In this document: positions 20,380 to 29,069 of the stretch, in pieces
Layout: the number at the start of each line of letters is the position of its first letter
How positions within the stretch are numbered: the stretch's first letter is position 1
Assembly (NCBI RefSeq): GCF_000973505.1
Contig: NZ_CP010048.1
Span: forward strand, 450,001 to 482,000
Origin: Candidatus Saccharimonadota bacterium
GTDB lineage: Bacteria; Pseudomonadota; Gammaproteobacteria; Enterobacterales; Enterobacteriaceae
Reading direction: 5' to 3'
DNA: 32,000 nt
Made by a program: the position numbers and the translations under genes
Notes under the pieces: generated by a model
Told to the model about the DNA's origin: nothing
Seen by the model: the letters and a program-made list of their open reading frames with translations, nothing else
Databases searched by the model: none

Positions 20380-20639
20380 ATTTATACTCATCATTCTTTA
20401 TAAAAAATAATATGACATGCAAACTAAAAAAATAAAACATATATATAAAGTATACAATATAAAACAGCCTAAATACAACAACTAACAAAGTAAATAACAA
20501 ATAATAATTTTCATTAACAAAAAACCACACCACAAACATATTTTGTTAAAAAAATCAATTTTAAAATTTGAAAATTAAAATCACAAAAAAATATTAATTT
20601 TAAACGTTTAATTAGAGTCAGTACCACTCGAAACATACA

Positions 20640-21215
20640 TCAAGAGCCATTATCTGTCCTTTTAAATAAACCATTCTTGTACAATATACAAACATATTTC
20701 AAAATCGACAATAAAGTTAAAACGAAAGCTAAATATAAAATAACTGTCCCCACTACTATTAAATATTCACTTGGGTGCCATAATAATAGTACCACAGAAA
20801 ACATTTGCAACGTTGTTTTTATTTTGCTTGTTCTGGAAACTATAATACCTACATTAGGATAGGAAATTTTGGCTACCCATTCACGTAATGCTGATATAAC
20901 AATTTCGCGCATAATCATACTCGCAACTGGTAAAGTCACCCACCATGTATGAAAATACTCTTCAATAAGCATTAATGCCACGGCAACTAAAAGTTTATCA
21001 ACTACCGGATCTAAAAAAGCACCAAACACAGTAGTTTGTTCCAAACGACGTGCTAAAAAACCATCAAACCAATCTGTTAAGGACGCAAAAATAAAAAATA
21101 TTGCAGATAATAGCGGGCAAAATGAAAATGGCAAATAAAAAAATATAATAATAAACGGTATGGTAATTACACGAAACAAAGTAATCCACGTAGGTATATT
21201 TATATTCAAATACAT
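20640..21215 (-). CDS. pgsA: CDP-diacylglycerol--glycerol-3-phosphate 3-phosphatidyltransferase
   Basis: It has the CDP-alcohol phosphatidyltransferase motif DWFDGFLARR...GAFLDPVVDKLLV, plus ISALREW. I place the start at ATG 21215 (MYLNINIPTWITLFRV vs E. coli MQFNIPTLLTLFRV). The tracked ORF adds 13 codons. Confidence 0.93.
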   Translation of the reverse strand: MYLNINIPTWITLFRVITIPFIIIFFYLPFSFCPLLSAIFFIFASLTDWFDGFLARRLEQTTVFGAFLDPVVDKLLVAVALMLIEEYFHTWWVTLPVASMIMREIVISALREWVAKISYPNVGIIVSRTSKIKTTLQMFSVVLLLWHPSEYLIVVGTVILYLAFVLTLLSILKYVCILYKNGLFKRTDNGS

Positions 21216-21593
21216 AATAACACAACAACTGAAACAATAATAATAAAGAGGCAAGTAAAACTACAAAAAACCGCACTATAGCATCTCAATACATTTCATA
21301 AAAAAAATGTACAATTATATATCATTACTACAACGACAATCATTAAAAACGTACTCTAAAAAATTTAACAATACAAATACACACACACCTAACAATTTTC
21401 CAACAAATATACTATTATACTTAAATATGTCTGTAAATAAAAAATTCACCTTAAAAATATACACTAACAAATGTACAGCATAAAACATGTTCTTACTAAC
21501 TTAACTCTATATCACATATCACACTAAATAACATAATCTATTGACAAAATATTGCAAACCTGAAACACTTATACCATAATAATTCATAATCCT

Positions 21594-21666
21594 GGGTCGT
21601 TAGCTCAGTAGGTAGAGCTGTTGACTCTTAATCAACAGGCCGTAGGTTCGATTCCTACACGACCCA
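21594..21666 (+). tRNA. tRNA-Lys with anticodon CUU (no encoded CCA)
   Basis: The sequence is GGGTCGTTAGCTCAGTAGGTAGAGCTGTTGACTCTTAATCAACAGGCCGTAGGTTCGATTCCTACACGACCCA. It forms a clean cloverleaf with anticodon stem GTTGA/TCAAC and loop C-T-CTT-A-A. The body is nearly identical to E. coli tRNA-Lys(UUU) except at position 34. Confidence 0.85.
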
Positions 21667-21960
21667 ACTCTAAAAAATCATTAAACACGCAGTCAATAAA
21701 ATTAGTATAAAAACACTCGACAATACTTTAATAATTTAATACTTGTACAACATCTAAATAATTCTATATGCTGTATTTATAACGCATAACAAAAAAATTA
21801 GAAAATTTCAAATCACACTAAATAATACAAGAAAAAAATAAAAACCTACAAACAATTATGTAATACTACAATGTAGTAATACACAACCCTAATTAATAAA
21901 TACATACAACATCAGCAACAGATAACACTCACTCTTTAAAGCTAAAATTTTATATTACCC

Positions 21961-22047
21961 CGGAGGAGTAGAGATTCGAACTCTAGAATACTAAAAAATA
22001 TTACCGATTTTCAAGACCGGCGCCTTCAACCACTCAGCCACTCCTCC
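21961..22047 (-). tRNA. serT: tRNA-Ser, anticodon UGA (no encoded CCA)
   Basis: The reverse complement is GGAGGAGTGGCTGAGTGGTTGAAGGCGCCGGTCTTGAAAATCGGTAATATTTTTTAGTATTCTAGAGTTCGAATCTCTACTCCTCCG. It has a long variable arm, the loop CT-TGA-AA and a G73 discriminator. It resembles E. coli serT. Confidence 0.9.
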
Positions 22048-22170
22048 AACTAATAACACAAATATTACAATATACATAAATTTAAATCATTAAAAAACAT
22101 ATTTTAACACATACAACGTTTTTATAAAAAAACACAAATAATTTAATATTATATAATAATTCTTTCATAT

Positions 22171-22202
22171 AATATACTTATATCTTAATATACTTATATC
22201 TT
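22171..22202. repeat. Perfect tandem duplication, 16 bp x2 (aatatacttatatctt)
   Basis: Read directly: 22171-22186 equals 22187-22202. Confidence 0.9.
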
Positions 22203-22296
22203 AACAAGATATTTAATCATAATTCACAATTTCAACAAAATAATTTAATCATCACACTTTACAAAGTATAACTAATTTAACACAAACTATACAATT

Positions 22297-22323
22297 TAAT
22301 AACATAAATCTAATAACATAAAT
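22297..22323. repeat. Tandem duplication of 13 bp (taataacataaat), period 14
   Basis: Read directly: 22297-22309 equals 22311-22323, with a single c between the copies. Confidence 0.85.
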
Positions 22324-22342
22324 AAATAACACAATATACTCT

Positions 22343-22378
22343 AATTTTAACAAATACATGAATTTTAACAAATACATG
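22343..22378. repeat. Perfect tandem duplication, 18 bp x2 (aattttaacaaatacatg), duplicating the tusE start codon
   Basis: Read directly: 22343-22360 equals 22361-22378. This creates two in-frame ATGs (22358 and 22376), so the protein begins MNFNKYMNKQ. Confidence 0.9.
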
Positions 22379-22705
22379 AACAAACAAACATTAAAACTAA
22401 TCACCGATTCTGAAGGATATTTACTAAATTTTAATGACTGGAATGAAGAAATTGCTACTTTAATTGCTAATAACGATAAAATATTGCTTAAAAATCCACA
22501 TTGGGAAATTATCTATTTCGTTAGATCATTTTATACAAAATTTAATATTTCTCCAAATATTCGGCTCTTAGTTAAAAAATTGGCATTGAAATATGGACCA
22601 AACAAAGGAAACAGCATATATCTCTTACGCCTTTTTCAAAACAATGAAATAGCAAGAGAAATCGCTAAAATATCTGGATTGCCAAAACCAAAAAAATGCC
22701 TATAA
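22358..22705 (+). CDS. tusE: Sulfurtransferase TusE (DsrC family), partner of MnmA in s2U34 synthesis
   Basis: TDSEGYLLNFNDWNEEIA, HWEIIYFVRSFYTKFNISPNIRLLVK, GNSIYLLRLF and the C-terminal GLPKPKKCL (conserved Cys) are colinear with E. coli TusE (YccK). The start could be 22358 or 22376 because of the duplication. Confidence 0.9.
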   Translation: MNFNKYMNKQTLKLITDSEGYLLNFNDWNEEIATLIANNDKILLKNPHWEIIYFVRSFYTKFNISPNIRLLVKKLALKYGPNKGNSIYLLRLFQNNEIAREIAKISGLPKPKKCL

Positions 22706-22850
22706 ATACAATAAAAAATCATGCTCCACTTAAATCTCAAGAACAAAAAATAAAATAATTATTACAACATCCACAATTATATAACTAATACTAAAAAATT
22801 ATATTTCTTTTAAAATAAACCTTTCACAGATTTACCTGTATAATAACATA

Positions 22851-22879
22851 TTGCAAATATTTTACATCTCGTATATAAT
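22851..22879 (+). promoter_or_regulatory. Candidate sigma70 promoter upstream of hspQ (TTGCAA - 17 nt - TATAAT)
   Basis: ttgcaa lies at 22851-22856 and tataat at 22874-22879, with an exact 17-nt spacer, about 120 nt upstream of the hspQ ATG. TATAAT-like strings are frequent by chance in this AT-rich DNA, so this is weak evidence. Confidence 0.25.
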
Positions 22880-23000
22880 TAACTCGATTTTAAAATAGTG
22901 AGCATTATAAATTTATACTAGAGTATTCATTCTCTACTTCTTTTCACCATAAATTTATTAAAAAATATATAAATAAAATATAAAATAAAGGAATAGATTA

Positions 23001-23333
23001 ATGTCAGAAAGTTTCATAACAGCAAGTAAATTTAGCATAGGACAACAAGTAAGACACAAACTTTTAGGATACTTAGGAGTTGTTATTGATGTAGATCCTG
23101 AATACTCTCTTGAAAAACCATCACTAGATGAAATTACAAATAACGATACTTTACGTCAATCTCCTTGGTATCATGTTGTTATGGAAGATGAAGAAGGAAA
23201 ACCGATACATACTTATTTAGCCGAAGCTCAATTAGGATATGAACCAATTCCCACACATTCAGATCAATCTACTTTAGACGATTTAGCAGAATCTATTCGT
23301 TTGCAGCTTCAAGCTCCTCGTTTAAGAAATTAA
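23001..23333 (+). CDS. hspQ: Heat-shock protein HspQ (YccV; hemimethylated-DNA-binding fold)
   Basis: [54 protein letters not shown] and the C-terminal LQAPRLRN are almost colinear with E. coli HspQ. An AAGGA SD lies 8-9 nt upstream. Confidence 0.92.
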   Translation: MSESFITASKFSIGQQVRHKLLGYLGVVIDVDPEYSLEKPSLDEITNNDTLRQSPWYHVVMEDEEGKPIHTYLAEAQLGYEPIPTHSDQSTLDDLAESIRLQLQAPRLRN

Positions 23334-23554
23334 TATATTCATAAAAAATAATAAACTAATCTTGTTTGTAAAATTCCACGATAATATTCATGTAACTATA
23401 CACTACACAAATGTAATCATTTAATGCCTATTAGTAACTTAACATATAAATCATCACTACTTACTATGGGTTATATTCAAAATAATAAACATACAATCAT
23501 ATATTCTGTCACAATTAAACAACATTCATAATACGCAATGAGAAATACTTAACT

Positions 23555-24199
23555 ATGAAAAAAATACAAACACTAACTCTTATAATAATTGCACATTTAA
23601 TTTACTTACCAGATAATATCGCATATTCAAACCCATTAAAAAAAAATACCTGGTATATAGGTAATAAAATTGGTTTACCTCGATATAATAATATCATTAC
23701 CTATATTAATGAAATAATAACATGCAATAATACTAATGAGGAAATTTGTAACTCACATATAGGATTCGGAACATTCATTGGCTACCACACCGATCAGTGT
23801 TTCGGATTTGAGTTAGGATACAATTGGTTAGGACAAATAACTTATTCTAACGAAGAAATCAAGAGCTCTTTTGAAGTACAAAATATAGATATTAGCACAA
23901 AATTATATCATCCAATTATTCATGATAGTATTAATATATATACAAAAATTGGAGGAGCAATTTGGCACGCCAGTATTAAAAATTCATATCATGATCATAC
24001 CAATAAAATCCATCACCTTAATATCAATGACACAAGCATATCACCACTTTTAAGCTTCGGAATAGAATATACAATTAAAAAACAATGGACAACCAGACTA
24101 GAATATCAAAAAATTAATAATGTCGGAAACATTCACTCTATTGGAGCACAATCAAATCATACTATGATAAACCTAAATATTCTGTATTATTTTATATAA
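23555..24199 (+). CDS. ompA: OmpA-family outer membrane protein, 8-stranded beta-barrel domain only (no C-terminal peptidoglycan-binding domain)
   Basis: It has a signal peptide followed by KKNTWYIGNKIG, FGTFIGY....FGFELGYNWLGQ, INIYTKIGGAIWHA, SPLLSFGIEYTI....TRLEYQKINNVGN and MINLNILYYFI*. This aligns with E. coli OmpA from NTWYTGAKLG to LSLGVSYRFG, which is the end of strand 8. The stop falls where the hinge would begin. Confidence 0.85.
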   Translation: MKKIQTLTLIIIAHLIYLPDNIAYSNPLKKNTWYIGNKIGLPRYNNIITYINEIITCNNTNEEICNSHIGFGTFIGYHTDQCFGFELGYNWLGQITYSNEEIKSSFEVQNIDISTKLYHPIIHDSINIYTKIGGAIWHASIKNSYHDHTNKIHHLNINDTSISPLLSFGIEYTIKKQWTTRLEYQKINNVGNIHSIGAQSNHTMINLNILYYFI

Positions 24200-24768
24200 A
24201 TATAACTTAATATAATTACAATATAAAAAATATCTATGTATATCCTAAGATATAATCCATAAATTTTAATGTCAAAAATATTAATTGATCAATTGTATTA
24301 TCATTACATTATAGATAACAAAATACATAACAAAATATTCTACCTCTTATGTTATGTATTATGTATTTGTTTTATATATTAAAACCATAATTTTATTATG
24401 CCAATTAACTTAATTGATAATCAAAAATATCTAAAATGTACCATATTAAACATTAAAAAATACACTAATGTTACACTAACTGAAATTTAAAAATTTTTTA
24501 ACAAATAATTACTAAAAAATACCTTAAAAGTTAAACATACAATTTATATTTTTTCATATCAACATTAATCTATAATTTACTGTTACATAACATATTATAT
24601 ATTAATTCTTCAAAAACAATTTATCCATAAATCTACAAATCATGTCAAAAATTTTCAAAAATCATTTAAAATCAAATAACAAAATTATCAATAAATATAT
24701 TCAATAACCTTACTTAATTTTAACAATATCATTCTTAATATTCCATATTATATATTACCGAGAAAAAT

Positions 24769-25287
24769 ATGATCAAAAAACAACAATATTATACAAAAGA
24801 AGATTTATTAGCTTCAGGGCGGGGTGAACTTTTTGGTAATCAAGGACCGTCACTACCAGCACCAAATATGCTAATGATGGATCGTGTAATAAAAATAACC
24901 GAAAACGGGGGAAATTATAATAAAGGTTTTATACAAGCAGAACTGGATATTCTTTCAGATATGTGGTTTTTTCATTGCCATTTTATCAATGATCCAGTGA
25001 TGCCTGGTTGTTTAGGACTAGATGCAATGTGGCAACTAGTCGGTTTTTATTTAGGCTGGTTAGGTGGCAAAGGCAAAGGACGGGCTTTAGGTGTAAAAAC
25101 AGTAAAATTTAGTGGACAAATTTTACCTACAGCCAAAAAAGTAACATATGTAATTCATTTTAGAAAAATCATTAACAGAACACTGACTATGGGCATGGCT
25201 GACGGCGAAGTATTTTGTGATGGAAAGATAATATACACCGCATCTGATTTAAAAGTCGGATTATTTAAAAATATTACAGAATTTTAA
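24769..25287 (+). CDS. fabA: 3-hydroxydecanoyl-ACP dehydratase/isomerase
   Basis: [28 protein letters not shown] and [35 protein letters not shown] are near-identical to E. coli FabA. Length is 172 aa. Confidence 0.97.
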   Translation: MIKKQQYYTKEDLLASGRGELFGNQGPSLPAPNMLMMDRVIKITENGGNYNKGFIQAELDILSDMWFFHCHFINDPVMPGCLGLDAMWQLVGFYLGWLGGKGKGRALGVKTVKFSGQILPTAKKVTYVIHFRKIINRTLTMGMADGEVFCDGKIIYTASDLKVGLFKNITEF

Positions 25288-25679
25288 TAAAATAAACCAC
25301 ACAATTCAGTTAAAAATAGCTCTAATTCATCAAAGAATTTTAAAATTTTAATATACACAAATCAGTGAAATTATTTGCAAAAAACATTGTACATCATAAT
25401 ACGATATGAATACAATTATCACTAAAATAAATAACACAAAAATTACCGAAACTTAGTAACATATTAAACCTGCAAAATCAATTTAACAATTATAATTATC
25501 AAAAAGTATCAAAATACACGTTTTACATTAAAAATAAATTTTTAACACTATAGCTTACATAAATTTATCTGCATATACAGACTTTACTATAAAAAAATAA
25601 TAAATTTTTAACAATTTTAATATTAAAGATCTTATAATTTAAAATGAAAATTAATTACACTATTATTTAGAGAAAGTTT

Positions 25680-27083
25680 ATGAATGAAATTTCTACTATT
25701 ACTAACATACTACAGGGACATATACCAACTAATTCTGAAATAACTGTATGCGGTTGGGTTAAAACTCGAAGAGATTCCCGAAAATTATCTTTTCTCAATA
25801 TATACGATGGATCTTGCCTGCACACTTTACAAGTAATAGTTGAAAATAAAAAAATTCACAATTATAAAAAAGACATTCTTCACCTAACAAGCGGCTGTTC
25901 AGTCAAAATCATTGGAAAAATAGTCCAATCAATAGGAAAAAAACAAAACATTGAATTACAAGCTAAACACGTTGAAATATTAGGACTAATTGAAAATCCT
26001 GACACATATCCTATATCCCCTAAAAAACACAATATGGAATATTTAAGAGAGATCGCACATTTACGTCCACGAACAAATATTATAGGAGCAATTTCACGAA
26101 CACGTAATGTATTAGCACATGCCATTCACAATTTCATGAACAAAAACGGATTTTTGTGGATTCCTACTCCTATAATTACCACAACCGATACCGAAGGTAC
26201 AAGTAAAATGTTTCAAGTATCTACTTTAAACTTCAAAAATTTACCGTATACCCCGTCAGGTAATATAAATTACGCAAAAGATTTTTTTGGTAAAGAATCT
26301 TTTTTAACAGTCTCAGGACAACTTAACGTAGAAAGTTATGCCTGTGCATTATCAAAAACCTATACATTTGGACCAACATTTCGAGCCGAACCATCCAATA
26401 CAAACAAACATTTAGCAGAATTTTGGATGATTGAACCAGAAGTCGCATTTGCAGATTTAGATAATATTATTTGTATTGCAAAATCATTATTACAACATAT
26501 TTGTAAAACAATATTAAAAAAATGCTCTGATGATATAGACTTTTTTTCAAAAAAACATAATCTTGCTATTATTAATCGTCTAGAAAATATTGTAGAAAAA
26601 AATTTTATAGAAATTACTTATACCCAAGCTATCAACATTCTAAAACAATCTAAAAAACAATTTAAAAATAAAATTTTTTGGGGAGCTAATCTTTTATCAG
26701 AACACGAAAAATATTTAACAGAAGAATATTTTAATCAACCTACGATAATAAAACATTATCCTAAAAAAATCAAAGCTTTCTATATGCGTTTAAATGACGA
26801 TATGAAAACTTCAGCAGCAATGGACATATTGCTACCAGGTATAGGTGAAATTATTGGTGGCTCTCAACGAGAAGAACGACTTAACGTTCTTGACAAAAAT
26901 TTAGAAGAATTTGGACTAAATAAAAATAACTATCAATGGTATCGAGATCTTCGCCGGTACGGTACCGTCCCACACTCAGGTTTTGGATTAGGATTTGAAA
27001 GATTAATGCTATTTATTACCGGAATAAAAAATATTCGTGATATCGTCCCATTTCCAAGAACATTAAAAAACATAAACTATTAA
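25680..27083 (+). CDS. asnS: Asparagine--tRNA ligase
   Basis: Its 467 aa are colinear with E. coli AsnS. Shared motifs are YLREIAHLRPRTN, FGPTFRAEPSNT.KHLAEFWMIEPE, GEIIGGSQREER and YGTVPHSGFGLGFERL. Confidence 0.97.
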   Translation: MNEISTITNILQGHIPTNSEITVCGWVKTRRDSRKLSFLNIYDGSCLHTLQVIVENKKIHNYKKDILHLTSGCSVKIIGKIVQSIGKKQNIELQAKHVEILGLIENPDTYPISPKKHNMEYLREIAHLRPRTNIIGAISRTRNVLAHAIHNFMNKNGFLWIPTPIITTTDTEGTSKMFQVSTLNFKNLPYTPSGNINYAKDFFGKESFLTVSGQLNVESYACALSKTYTFGPTFRAEPSNTNKHLAEFWMIEPEVAFADLDNIICIAKSLLQHICKTILKKCSDDIDFFSKKHNLAIINRLENIVEKNFIEITYTQAINILKQSKKQFKNKIFWGANLLSEHEKYLTEEYFNQPTIIKHYPKKIKAFYMRLNDDMKTSAAMDILLPGIGEIIGGSQREERLNVLDKNLEEFGLNKNNYQWYRDLRRYGTVPHSGFGLGFERLMLFITGIKNIRDIVPFPRTLKNINY

Positions 27084-27881
27084 ATAAATAATAGCATTGT
27101 AGATATATATCACATGATTCACAATGACTAAAATTAATTACTATTTAATACATAATGAAATACATTCAAATAATTACATATTAAAAAAATATAATAAACG
27201 ATCGAAAATTAATAATATCAACGAAACAATATTTTAACACACTAAATTTAAATTAAATTAGTACACTACATAACACTTATAAAGTGGTAATATAATTATA
27301 TAATTATAAGATCCAAAAAAACAAACAATATGCAATATGACATTAAAATATTTTACAACTATCAAATTCATCAAATGAATTACTCTAAAATATACTATGA
27401 CTATAACCAACAAAAAATTTAAAAAATCACATATAAACTATCTTTATACAAATAATTCAAACCATATTATCAATAATAATAAAAATATGTAACTGAAGAT
27501 ATATAATTGAACTTGATATTTATATCGCTATAAATATAAAAATATATTTTATCACATGAAATAAAATAAATACATCATACAAATACAAAATTTATAGATA
27601 TATTATATTTAATACAAATACATCAAATCAATAAAACTCTTGAAATTAATTGTAATTTAAAATAATATACTTGCTTAAATTTATAATTTAAATTTTTAAA
27701 AATTAATATTACTATTCAATAATTAAAAATATAAAAACAAAAAATAATCATTCATGACATTTAAATGTTTTAAATTTTAAATACCATTTGAAATGCAAAA
27801 TATATATTAAGTATATAAGTATGGATATTACCTTCACTGCTACACAAACTACATTCCATAAACTACACTCTAGGAAAATAT

Positions 27882-29069
27882 ATGTTCGAACATATACAAT
27901 TAGCAACACCTGATCCAATACTAGGACTGCTAGATATCATATCTACTGATCAACGACCTAACAAAATCAACTTAGGAATAGGAATTTATCAAGATCAATA
28001 TGGAAATACTCCAATACTAAAAAGCGTAAAAAAAGCAGAACTATTCCTGCTAAACAGTGAAACTACAAAAAATTATCTTAATATTGAGGGAAACAAAGAC
28101 TTTAATAAATCCACTCAAAAACTATTATTTGGAATACACTCACCCACCCTCGAAAATAGAATGAAAACAGTACAAACACCAGGAGGTACTGGTGCACTAC
28201 GAATAGCTGCAGATTTCTTAAAAAAGAACACTAACATTAAACGCGTATGGATTAGTGATCCAAGTTGGACCAATCACAAAAACATATTTCATACAGCAGG
28301 ATTCGAAATTATTCAATACCCTTACTATGATTATGACATGCATACCATTAATTTTAACAAATTATTTGATAGTTTATCACATGCACAATCGAAAGATCTT
28401 GTAATATTTCACGGATGTTGTCACAACCCAACAGGAACTGACCCTAATCATGATCAATGGAAGCTATTATCAGATTTATCTTTAAAAAACAACTGGCTAC
28501 CCTTATTCGATTTTGCATATCAAGGATTTTCTGAAAATTTACAACAAGATCTTACTGCATTACATATTTTTTCAAGTTCTCATCAAGAACTAATTGTTTG
28601 TAATTCGTATTCAAAAAATTTTAGCTTATATAATGAAAGAGTTGGTGCTTGCACATTAATTTCAGAAAATGAAATAATTGCTAATAAAGTACATAGCCAA
28701 CTTAAATGTATAATTCGTAGCAACTACTCCAATCCTCCTTCCCATGGAGCATCTGTGGTAAATACTATTTTAAATAATAATGATTTAAAAAACTTATGGG
28801 AACAAGAACTAAAAAACATGTGTATGCACATTAAAAAAATACGGCAACTATTTACAAAAACTTTAAATAATTTTCACCCAAACAAAGATTTTAATTTCAT
28901 CAACAAACAAACAGGTATGTTTTCATTCCTCGGACTACATAAACAGCAAGTACAACAATTACAGAAGGAATCAGGGATTTACATGCCAAATTCCGGTCGT
29001 ATTAATATATGTGGAATAACTCAAAATAACATAAACTATTTATGCGAGAAATTATCAAATGTTATATAA
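27882..29069 (+). CDS. aspC: Aspartate aminotransferase
   Basis: MFEHIQLATPDPILGL, TPGGTGALRIAADFL, FHGCCHNPTG, the PLP-lysine SYSKNFSLYNERVGA and NYSNPPSHGA are present. Its 395 aa are colinear with E. coli AspC. An AGGA SD is present. Confidence 0.96.
   Translation: MFEHIQLATPDPILGLLDIISTDQRPNKINLGIGIYQDQYGNTPILKSVKKAELFLLNSETTKNYLNIEGNKDFNKSTQKLLFGIHSPTLENRMKTVQTPGGTGALRIAADFLKKNTNIKRVWISDPSWTNHKNIFHTAGFEIIQYPYYDYDMHTINFNKLFDSLSHAQSKDLVIFHGCCHNPTGTDPNHDQWKLLSDLSLKNNWLPLFDFAYQGFSENLQQDLTALHIFSSSHQELIVCNSYSKNFSLYNERVGACTLISENEIIANKVHSQLKCIIRSNYSNPPSHGASVVNTILNNNDLKNLWEQELKNMCMHIKKIRQLFTKTLNNFHPNKDFNFINKQTGMFSFLGLHKQQVQQLQKESGIYMPNSGRINICGITQNNINYLCEKLSNVI

Noticed and set aside
20318-20539. 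A 73-codon ORF on the minus strand.
   Set aside because: Its 3' part runs through the tRNA-Cys gene (20309-20379) and the rest is spacer-like. It is an artefact of ORF calling.
24200-24768. Possible remnant of the OmpA C-terminal domain, or a second ORF, downstream of the barrel-only ompA.
   Set aside because: There is no ORF, and I could not see codon strings matching the conserved C-domain motifs. The interval is G-poor spacer. Only a sensitive frameshift-aware search could recover anything.
1892-26125. Antisense or alternative-frame ORFs nested in real genes: 1892-2158, 6079-6267, 10079-10351, 10906-11154, 14502-14699, 16097-16318, 18249-18485, 19154-19381, 20677-20862, 21064-21276 and 25880-26125.
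   Set aside because: Each lies wholly inside a well-supported conserved gene on the other strand or frame. None has a recognisable motif. They are typical shadow ORFs.
27397-27410. A 14-nt exact match (atgactataaccaa) shared with 30977-30990, possibly a dispersed repeat or REP-like element.
   Set aside because: The flanks do not align. In 32 kb of strongly biased composition, many chance 14-mers are expected.
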